64,000 bases of DNA from a virus (Duplodnaviria; Caudoviricetes), in IMG/VR virus record IMGVR_UViG_3300024268_000035, positions 37,522 through 101,521 of that record; one strand, 5' to 3'. Of this stretch, positions 56,572 through 64,000 are shown piece by piece; position 1 is the first letter of the stretch; the number at the start of each line of letters is the position of its first letter. The notes under the pieces are model-generated. The model worked only from the letters and a program-made list of their open reading frames with translations. It had not been told where the DNA came from and ran no database searches. A program made the translations under genes and the position numbers.

Positions 56572-57033
56572 ATGAAATACAAGACTATTGGTGCATTTAA
56601 GAATGTACAGAACATCCCTTATTGCAAAGCAACCACAGAGCTTCATGTGGGCATGGGTGTTATTATTGACCGTGTAGCAAAAACAGCTTCATTGCCTGCA
56701 TCCGCAGACGAGGCAAAAGCAGCGGTTTATATTGTAACAAATATTAACGACAAGCCTGAAAAGCACAATACAGCAGAAGCCTACACCGTTGATGCCGGTG
56801 ACTATGTTCGTGCAGATGATCTGCGAACTGTCAATGGTTTGGAAATCGAATTTGCAGCTTCTGAAATTGCTGACGCAACAGCAGATCTTGCTGTAGGTGA
56901 CACACTTGCTTTTGACGCTACAGGTAAAGTTAAGAAAGTTGCCGACGCATCCGGATACGCAGTATCTTTCAAAGTTCTTGCAAAGACTGCATATATGGAT
57001 GATGGAATCCTCGCAGAGATTGTTTGTCTGTAA
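56572..57033 (+). CDS. capsid decoration protein
   Basis: Small Ala/Val-rich protein between scaffold and capsid genes. Confidence 0.6.
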   Translation: MKYKTIGAFKNVQNIPYCKATTELHVGMGVIIDRVAKTASLPASADEAKAAVYIVTNINDKPEKHNTAEAYTVDAGDYVRADDLRTVNGLEIEFAASEIADATADLAVGDTLAFDATGKVKKVADASGYAVSFKVLAKTAYMDDGILAEIVCL

Positions 57034-57067
57034 GGATTTTATTATTTGATAAGGAGGAAAGAAAATA

Positions 57068-58180
57068 ATGAATAACATTTTTGAAATGAACACCGTCAAC
57101 AATGTTAAAGACACTGCTGGCGCATCTAAAGTGAAATCAACATCTCCTGTCGTAGAAGTGTTCTCTGCTCTTATTCAGGGTAAGAGTACAAGCGGTATGG
57201 ACGGTAAGGTAGTTGATAAGTCTGTTGCTCATATCAAGGAATTGGCTGAACGCGCTCTTGACAACGATCAACAGGCTATTTCTGAGTTGAATGCTATCCA
57301 GCGTTTTGCTATTGAACCCAAGCTTATTGACGCTGTAAAGATTTTTAACTTCATGGGTACATATAAGTCTGTTCCTTATGACACTGTTCCTATGATGAAG
57401 ACTTACAAGTATGAGAGTGTAGATTCTCGTTTCCAAGCTTCAAGCGGTGACGTACCTTTCGCTGCTGCAAGTTTCCGTGAGTATCCTATCGGCACACAGA
57501 CCATCTCTGCCGGTTATGCTTGCGACTATCGTGAATTGCAGAGCGGTAACTTTGAAGGTACTGTTGCAGAAGGTATGAATCAGGTACAGATCGATATGCA
57601 GAATAAGGCTGTTTACTACGTAATTGCAAAGCTTTATGAAGCATTGAAGAATGCAAAGGGTGTAAAGCACTTCTCTGAAAGTGCAGGTCTTACACAAACA
57701 GGCGTTGACGATATGCTCAAGGCAATGCGTCGTTATGGTCGCGTAAATATTTGCGGCGATTATTCTGTTGTATCCCAGTTCAACGACTTCGTTGGATATA
57801 AGACAGTTGCGGCTACTCCTATTCCTTTCGGTTCTGAAGCCGTTGCAGAAGAGATCCGTAAGACCGGTCTTGTGAGCTTCTACGGTGGTTCTCACATTGT
57901 TGAGCTTCCTAATGCTCTCAACTTTACCCGTATGAATGCGGACAAGACTTCCTATGAGCTTTATATGCCTCAGGGCTTGCTGTTCTTCGTTCCTCAGGGT
58001 ACTGTTGCACCTCTTCAGATTTTCCGTCGTGGCGGAATGACTTCTATGACTGGTGATGATATCGTTACTCGTCAGCGTCTTACTCGTTTCGACATGGAAA
58101 TCGGTGCTGGTGTAGCTGAAGGCATGGAAGATCAGATCGGTCTTATTTCCGATACAAACTTTGACGTACCTACTCTCTGA
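57068..58180 (+). CDS. major capsid protein
   Basis: 370 aa; strong RBS; synteny; followed by a terminator. Confidence 0.8.
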   Translation: MNNIFEMNTVNNVKDTAGASKVKSTSPVVEVFSALIQGKSTSGMDGKVVDKSVAHIKELAERALDNDQQAISELNAIQRFAIEPKLIDAVKIFNFMGTYKSVPYDTVPMMKTYKYESVDSRFQASSGDVPFAAASFREYPIGTQTISAGYACDYRELQSGNFEGTVAEGMNQVQIDMQNKAVYYVIAKLYEALKNAKGVKHFSESAGLTQTGVDDMLKAMRRYGRVNICGDYSVVSQFNDFVGYKTVAATPIPFGSEAVAEEIRKTGLVSFYGGSHIVELPNALNFTRMNADKTSYELYMPQGLLFFVPQGTVAPLQIFRRGGMTSMTGDDIVTRQRLTRFDMEIGAGVAEGMEDQIGLISDTNFDVPTL

Positions 58181-58199
58181 TTAGGCAAACATAATTAAC

Positions 58200-58230
58200 G
58201 GAGGGGGAGAGATCTCCCTCCATATTTTTT
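58200..58230 (+). terminator. intrinsic terminator after the capsid gene
   Basis: G-rich/C-rich hairpin (GGGGAGA-GA-TCTCCCC) followed by ATATTTTTTT. Confidence 0.75.
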
Positions 58231-58253
58231 ATATTAAGGAGCGATAAGCTAAT

Positions 58254-58730
58254 ATGGAACTGACCGAAAAGGTTTTAATCAATAATTTGTGCAACTGGGC
58301 ATTGTATTTTCGTCGTTTGAATGGTGTTGGAGATATTCGTATTCCTGCCAATGTAACCAATTTTGCTATGCTTGATGTTGCAGAGGTGCAGATGCAGATT
58401 CAGTCTGGCAACAAGCTGTTCGTAGGCAATGATGAGGCACATCCCGGCGATCATGCGAGACTCTATATTGTAGATGACAAGCAGAGAAAAGCTTTGCTTG
58501 GATACGGTGAAGAATCAGAGGAAGATGCTTTGGTTTTGAACGTAGAAAGCATCACAAAGCTTTTGGCTGTGAAGAAGAAGGATGAGTTTAACCGTCAGCT
58601 TGCAGAACTTGTGAAGACTGACGCTGAAAAGAAGATGGTAGTCCAGATTGCGAAAGAAGCAGGCGGCGATGAGGTTGCTGCGTGGAAGATGGACGCTATC
58701 AATAAGCTGTCAGAAACAATCGTAATTTAA
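58254..58730 (+). CDS. virion morphogenesis protein (hypothetical)
   Basis: Synteny after capsid. Confidence 0.65.
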   Translation: MELTEKVLINNLCNWALYFRRLNGVGDIRIPANVTNFAMLDVAEVQMQIQSGNKLFVGNDEAHPGDHARLYIVDDKQRKALLGYGEESEEDALVLNVESITKLLAVKKKDEFNRQLAELVKTDAEKKMVVQIAKEAGGDEVAAWKMDAINKLSETIVI

Positions 58731-58745
58731 CAGGAGGATCGGGGT

Positions 58746-59144
58746 ATGGATCAACGAACCACTTTTACTGAAATCGAAACAAATTTCCACTCCATGCCTC
58801 TGACGAAGTATGAGATTCCTTCGGAGTTAGCCCACGAATGGTTAAAAACTGCGATTGCCGATTATGAACTTGAAATAAGTTGTGATTTGAAATACGATCC
58901 GATCAATCAGACTTTCACTGACAAATTGGAACGCCCAGTAGCGCGTGTACTTGCACTTATGATGTATGTTTCGTATTTACAAAGAGAACTTAGCAGAGTT
59001 ATGACTTTGAATGGTATTTACGGAAAAGACATTCAAATAACTGGCGGCGATGCTACCAAAAGGGTTACAAAGCAAGAGCTTGAACACGAAATTGGTCGTG
59101 TTTCACAGATGCTTCATAAAATGAAACAACATTCTTTTGAGTGA
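58746..59144 (+). CDS. probable head-tail adaptor
   Basis: Size and synteny. Confidence 0.5.
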   Translation: MDQRTTFTEIETNFHSMPLTKYEIPSELAHEWLKTAIADYELEISCDLKYDPINQTFTDKLERPVARVLALMMYVSYLQRELSRVMTLNGIYGKDIQITGGDATKRVTKQELEHEIGRVSQMLHKMKQHSFE

Positions 59145-59158
59145 CAGGAGGTTACGGT

Positions 59159-60193
59159 ATGCCTATTGAATGGTATTTAATGGATCGTCCTCTGTTTAAT
59201 AATGGTTTTGAAAATGAAGAATTCTGTGCGTATTCACGAGACGGGTTTGAAGAAGTGCTTTCTTCCGTACTGGCTGACAACATAAAAATTTACGATAAAA
59301 GGCTGGATGCAGAGCCAGTTGTGACAAGAGCTATTATTCAAGGGACAACAAGTGACACATACAACGATAGTAGCTTACGGCAATTTTTATGTAGAATTGG
59401 GACATTACGCAGTGGACAGTACATCAAGGCGCGTAATCAGATGTGGATGGTATACTCCATGCCTGATAATAACAAGATGTACGAAAAGGCTGTTGCATGG
59501 CAGTGCAAATATTCGATTCGCTTTATATCTCCGATAACCGGGAAGATTGTTGAATATCCTGTACATGATATAAACAGTACCCAGTATGGATCTGGCGAAA
59601 CGCCTAAAGAGCGACTGACCATTGGTACAGCACAGCACTTGATTTACATACCGTATAATGAAGAGACTATTAAAATTGACAGCGGATTCCGTTTTCTGAT
59701 CGATAAGAACAAGGAAAATCCTACGGCATACCGATTGGCTCAGGTTGACCCGGCTGCGTATTCGTGCGGTGAACGTGATGGAGTAATACAATGGACTGTA
59801 GTAGAAAGTCAGTTTGACAAAGACACTGACAATCGTGAGCTTATGATTGCAGATTATTATGGAAGATCTGATTTGTCATATGCTGAAGAAATCAAAGGAT
59901 ACGATATCAATTTTTCATCGGATGTTTTAGATAACACGGTTGTATTTGGAGAAGAAGCACACATTGACGTTTCGTTCAAGAACGATGGAGTTGATATAGA
60001 GCCACTTGCATTTACTGCAACTGTAATTGACGGAAATGAATACGGCAGTATTACGGAAGTTGGTTCTGATTACATTGTTGTTCGTATGCTCGATAACCGT
60101 GATTATATAGGACAGGAAGTCACTATTTTGGTGGAAAATAGTGAATGCGATATATCAAAACAACTGACATTAAAAATTGGGGGGTGGTATTGA
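59159..60193 (+). CDS. probable head-closure/neck protein
   Basis: Synteny; AGGAGG RBS before ATG 59159. Confidence 0.5.
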   Translation: MPIEWYLMDRPLFNNGFENEEFCAYSRDGFEEVLSSVLADNIKIYDKRLDAEPVVTRAIIQGTTSDTYNDSSLRQFLCRIGTLRSGQYIKARNQMWMVYSMPDNNKMYEKAVAWQCKYSIRFISPITGKIVEYPVHDINSTQYGSGETPKERLTIGTAQHLIYIPYNEETIKIDSGFRFLIDKNKENPTAYRLAQVDPAAYSCGERDGVIQWTVVESQFDKDTDNRELMIADYYGRSDLSYAEEIKGYDINFSSDVLDNTVVFGEEAHIDVSFKNDGVDIEPLAFTATVIDGNEYGSITEVGSDYIVVRMLDNRDYIGQEVTILVENSECDISKQLTLKIGGWY

Positions 60194-60648
60194 TGTACTT
60201 TGATGAGATTCCGAGATACAGAGATACCATTATGGAAAGTATCTGTAAGTGTAATTCTATTACAAATTTGATTCGATCAGAGGAAACACCGGAGATGAAA
60301 GTTTCCGAGATGCCTTACAAGTTTATATATCCGTATGGTTATATAATAAATAAAACGACCAGTGTAGGAACATATTTATGCTTTGATTTGTTTGCACCGA
60401 GAACGATTGGCAGAACATTCACAGATTTCAGAATTGATTTTTGGATAATGGCTCATGAACGGCGGATGAGGACACCAAAGGGATTGGTAACAGACCTTTT
60501 GACAACAGAAGTGGATAAACTTATCAATGGGAGCAGATGTTTCGGATTGGGTCGTGTGGAGCTTATGACGTGGGACAGATTTGTTCCGGCTGAAGATTTT
60601 TATGGGCGTATTTTATCCTACAGAACAGTAGATTTCAACAGGGAGTGA
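60193..60648 (+). CDS. probable tail terminator/completion protein
   Basis: Synteny. Confidence 0.5.
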   Translation: MYFDEIPRYRDTIMESICKCNSITNLIRSEETPEMKVSEMPYKFIYPYGYIINKTTSVGTYLCFDLFAPRTIGRTFTDFRIDFWIMAHERRMRTPKGLVTDLLTTEVDKLINGSRCFGLGRVELMTWDRFVPAEDFYGRILSYRTVDFNRE

Positions 60649-60651
60649 CGA

Positions 60652-61383
60652 ATGGAATTAGAAGATATTGGTTTACAACTCTGTTCAAAAGAACCTATAT
60701 ATGTTGGCAAAGTGCCGATATATCCTATTCCGTTACAAACAATTGCTCGGATAGGATATAAGAAGTACAGTGCTGAAATTCGCTATTTGTGCCTAACTCC
60801 CATTGATATTCATGCAATGACAGGAGAAGATATTTCTGAAATAGGCGTGTACAGATATTTGGTTCAAAATGCAATTAAGGATCCCAAAATTATGGAAATC
60901 ATGATGTTTTGGTTTTCACAAATAACGCACAGCCCAATTACATTTTCAGCAAAAAAGATGTGTTTTACTGGAAATTCATTTGTGATTTCAAAAGAGAATT
61001 TTGATGATATTCAAGCGATTATCAAAATGCGAAATGGGTTACAGGATCCTTGCGAAGAGGATGAAAATCCTGATAATGATGCAGCACGTAGAGTTCTTCA
61101 GCGTAGGAAAGAAGAACGGATGAAGCGTCGTAAAGCAAAATCAACAGATGAAGATGGGTCAGCAATTACATTGGCGGATCTTGTAAGTATACTGGCAAGC
61201 GGACATGGTATGCTGATGGATACTGTGATGGAATATGATTTATATCAATTCAACGACCAGTTCAATCGTTTGAAAATCATGGATGATTATGAAGTCAGTG
61301 TGCAAGCTCTTTTGCATGGGGCAAAGAAAGAAAATGTTAATTTAACACATTGGATCACAAAAATCAAACGTGATTCAGAATAA
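60652..61383 (+). CDS. hypothetical virion-module protein
   Basis: ORF between neck and tail-tube genes. Confidence 0.65.
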   Translation: MELEDIGLQLCSKEPIYVGKVPIYPIPLQTIARIGYKKYSAEIRYLCLTPIDIHAMTGEDISEIGVYRYLVQNAIKDPKIMEIMMFWFSQITHSPITFSAKKMCFTGNSFVISKENFDDIQAIIKMRNGLQDPCEEDENPDNDAARRVLQRRKEERMKRRKAKSTDEDGSAITLADLVSILASGHGMLMDTVMEYDLYQFNDQFNRLKIMDDYEVSVQALLHGAKKENVNLTHWITKIKRDSE

Positions 61384-61442
61384 CAAGCAAACAACGGCAG
61401 GATTCGTCCATGCTGTTTTTTTATTTTACAGGAGGTACTAAA

Positions 61443-62231
61443 ATGGCTAACGCAAAATTTGGCGCAAAAGAAGTCATGGATGTCGTTTTGTATGACATGG
61501 AAACAGATAAGCCTATCATTCAGTTCGACAGTTTGAAGACTTCAAGCATTAGCGTAACTTCCGAGAAAGTTTACGCAAGAGGTGGTAAGGGTAATCCTAA
61601 GCTTATTACATGGGAAATCAATAAAGAAGCTACTTTGACTATCGAGGATGCTTTGATTTCTCCTAAGTCACTTGAGCTTATTTCCGGTATTGCCCGTAAG
61701 GTTGGTGTTCAGACAATCCGTATGAGACAGGTTACTGAATACGAAGACGGCGAAAATAAGGGTAGAATGTATCCGCTGAAAGCTGACGGCGAGGGTAAGA
61801 TTATACTTGCTTTCAAACCTAAAACTGCGGCTGACAAGATTCTTGTATATCCTTATGAATCAGATTGTGAAGACGACGCTTTGATTGATATGACTGGTGC
61901 AACACTTGCAGAAAATGTTCTTACTGTTGCCGCTGCAAAGGATCAGCGTGTTGTTGTGTACTACGATTATGAAAGTGAAGAGACTGCTGAAACTTACGTA
62001 ATCGATGCTGAACATTTCAGCGGTACATATAAGCTCGTCGGTGACACTGTGCTTCGTAACCAGCAAACCGGTAAAGACGAAGCCTTCCAGATTACCATTC
62101 CTAATTTGAAGTTCACTTCTAACTTGGAACTTGGCTTTGCTGCAGACGGCGATCCTTCAACTACTACTTTTGAGTGTGAAGTTATGAGAGACGCCGGAAC
62201 CGGCATTATGATCCAGATGGTCAAGTATTGA
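61443..62231 (+). CDS. major tail (tube) protein
   Basis: YARGGKGNPKLITW, ADGDPSTTTF; strong RBS; terminator after. Confidence 0.7.
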   Translation: MANAKFGAKEVMDVVLYDMETDKPIIQFDSLKTSSISVTSEKVYARGGKGNPKLITWEINKEATLTIEDALISPKSLELISGIARKVGVQTIRMRQVTEYEDGENKGRMYPLKADGEGKIILAFKPKTAADKILVYPYESDCEDDALIDMTGATLAENVLTVAAAKDQRVVVYYDYESEETAETYVIDAEHFSGTYKLVGDTVLRNQQTGKDEAFQITIPNLKFTSNLELGFAADGDPSTTTFECEVMRDAGTGIMIQMVKY

Positions 62232-62252
62232 TATCCGATGCTGAAACGCAAC

Positions 62253-62290
62253 AGGGTGGGAAGGTAATAATCTCCCCACCCTATTTTTTA
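62253..62290 (+). terminator. intrinsic terminator
   Basis: GGGTGGG/CCCACCC hairpin plus T-run. Confidence 0.7.
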
Positions 62291-62302
62291 TTTATTCAAA
62301 AT

Positions 62303-62851
62303 ATGAAAATTTTAGCATTGGATCAGGCGAGAAACGGAGCGTGGGCAGTATATGATTACGAAAGCAAACAGCTTGAAGATTATGGAGTATTTTCGTTTGA
62401 TAACAAAAAATACACATATGCCAAAGCAATTCTCGCTATCGAAGAACTGGTTGATACATTGATTAAGACTCATAGAATATCTGCGATTTTTATTGAAGAT
62501 ATCCAGCTTCGCGTGAACGTACAGTCGTTCAAGAAACTTGCCCAGCTTCAGGGTGTCCTCGTGAATCTCTTTGAGAAAAACGAATACTTGTATGATTTTG
62601 TGGCTCCGACCCAATGGCAGAATTATTGCAAAGCCAGAGGAAGGAGTTCTAAGGAAATCAAAGATAATGTAACTGCCTTGAAAACATCCGGCAAGAAAGA
62701 GTCAAAAATTTTATCAATCCAATATGTAAAAGAACACTTTAATGTCGAGACGGATAATGATAATTTATCGGATGCTATATGTCTCGGACATTATGCAGTC
62801 AACCATTTTATAATTGAAGGGAATAAATTATATGGCAAAGAAAAGAAATAA
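62303..62851 (+). CDS. RuvC-like Holliday junction resolvase
   Basis: ILALDQ, IFIED, DNLSDAICLG acidic catalytic motifs. Confidence 0.75.
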   Translation: MKILALDQARNGAWAVYDYESKQLEDYGVFSFDNKKYTYAKAILAIEELVDTLIKTHRISAIFIEDIQLRVNVQSFKKLAQLQGVLVNLFEKNEYLYDFVAPTQWQNYCKARGRSSKEIKDNVTALKTSGKKESKILSIQYVKEHFNVETDNDNLSDAICLGHYAVNHFIIEGNKLYGKEKK

Positions 62852-63443
62852 TGTTTCTATCAATACACTGGAAAAGTATTGCGATGGACTTGGAGAAGGC
62901 GTAATCGAAATGACATTTCCTGAAGGGGATGAAAGCAGTATTACTTTTGAAGTGAAAAAGATACTTTCTCTGGAAGAAACAATGCGCTATATTGAAGATG
63001 TTGTGAGTGCAAGCATTATGGAGGATGATCTGATGATCGTTCCAGTTGCAAGAGAATATATCAACCGTAAGAATGTCCTTACATATTATGCGAATTTCAC
63101 TATGCCTTCAAATTCCAGCAGGGCATATGAACTTGTGATGGGAGCATCTGAATTGATTGATGAAATCATCAAGAGCATTGATAAGCCTCAGTACAAGATG
63201 ATCCAGAGATGTATTGATGAAAGAATTGAATTTGAAAAGCAGAAGATGCTTTCTACTCAGGTTCAGCAGATTCAGAAACTTGCAGGTGAGATTGAGCATA
63301 TGACTGATAATTTCTCTGCGCTTTTCAGCGGAGTAAATGGAGAACAGATGTCAGATTTTATCAAAAATATGTCTGAGCTGAGTAAGAATGCAAATGTTTC
63401 GGGACAGGATATTGCCCGTGCTATGGTAGAAAATAAATCTTAA
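62832..63443 (+). CDS. hypothetical protein (possible tail assembly chaperone)
   Basis: Position after tail tube. Confidence 0.5.
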   Translation: MAKKRNNVSINTLEKYCDGLGEGVIEMTFPEGDESSITFEVKKILSLEETMRYIEDVVSASIMEDDLMIVPVAREYINRKNVLTYYANFTMPSNSSRAYELVMGASELIDEIIKSIDKPQYKMIQRCIDERIEFEKQKMLSTQVQQIQKLAGEIEHMTDNFSALFSGVNGEQMSDFIKNMSELSKNANVSGQDIARAMVENKS

Positions 63444-63492
63444 AAGAATCTAAAACTGTAAAAATTATCCTTTGAATGAAAGGGGATTTTCT

Positions 63493-63975
63493 ATGAGTAG
63501 AGAAAATAGATACAACCTTTGTGAAGATTGTTCAATGTGCAGCATGGCTGTATTGCCGCAGTATATTGATGAAGAATGTGATGTAATGACAGAATGTTGT
63601 ATGTGCGATAAGACTCAGATGAGATTTTATACGGGCTGCGACTGTGGAGACATTATGGATCAAGATCAATATTGTAAGGCTGGTGTCCGTAAAACAGGTA
63701 GAGCGTACCGTCGGCGTATGAAACATATCAAAAATAAACGGTTGATGAAGATTGTCAATATGGGTAACGGTTATAACATTTCCGCTGGATATGTTGACTG
63801 GGCTTTAGTGGATGGGGAATATGTTCCTGTTGGTAAGTACATAAAATACCCCAAAAACTCCAATAAGCAAAAGTATTTCAAACGCTATTCCAACCATATT
63901 GCTCGTAAGAAAGAGGTTCCCGTTAAAGGAAATGGTTACAGAAAACATTTTGATTACTGGTGGACATTATATTAA
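63493..63975 (+). CDS. hypothetical Cys-rich protein
   Basis: ORF with RBS; ends YRKHFDYWWTLY. Confidence 0.6.
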   Translation: MSRENRYNLCEDCSMCSMAVLPQYIDEECDVMTECCMCDKTQMRFYTGCDCGDIMDQDQYCKAGVRKTGRAYRRRMKHIKNKRLMKIVNMGNGYNISAGYVDWALVDGEYVPVGKYIKYPKNSNKQKYFKRYSNHIARKKEVPVKGNGYRKHFDYWWTLY

Positions 63976-64000
63976 AAGATAAAGGAATATTTGTATGTAC

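Noticed and set aside
62832-63975. Programmed frameshift of a tail assembly chaperone
   Set aside because: No convincing slippery site, and the downstream ORF has its own RBS and unrelated composition.
1-64000. Stop-codon reassignment
   Set aside because: Genes are intact under the standard code and no CTA/TCA suppressor tRNA was found.
1-64000. Complete DGR or retron in the window
   Set aside because: No reverse transcriptase ORF or template repeat was recognised; only the target-like region.

Overview
This window is 64 kb of a large temperate Bacillota (Clostridia-like) phage or prophage with SPbeta-like organisation. The left arm (1-31.1 kb) reads mostly leftward. It holds a TROVE/Ro60-like vWA protein (DUF2828-type) preceded by tRNAs and tRNA-like RNAs that carry a repeated helix+ACAGCAA module. 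Next come an ABC transporter/OmpA/PspA operon, an MrpR-like degenerate recombinase, an ImmR/ImmA-type switch with face-to-face sigma-A promoters, and a DNA methylase-SNF2 helicase fusion. About 30 small early genes follow, interspersed with 10 copies of the motif GGTTAATT-N16-GTTAGTTRTAATAG; these lie downstream of a phage sigma-factor gene whose leader contains a hammerhead ribozyme. The right arm (31.9-64 kb) reads rightward. It holds a tyrosine recombinase, a helicase-like gene, an NAD cluster (pncA, prs-like, nadV-like, nadE), a YonO-like single-subunit RNA polymerase, a phosphoesterase and HU. A large RNA cluster follows, with 16 tRNAs, tmRNA, a ~606-nt ROOL/GOLLD-like RNA, more ACAGCAA-module RNAs and a probable DGR target gene. 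The arm ends with terminase, portal, capsid and tail genes. The best candidate for an undescribed system is the Ro60-like protein plus about 11 Y-RNA-like RNAs, in which one module is grafted in circularly permuted forms onto tRNA bodies or anticodon stem-loop mimics. All family assignments come from motifs recognised by eye; no searches were run.
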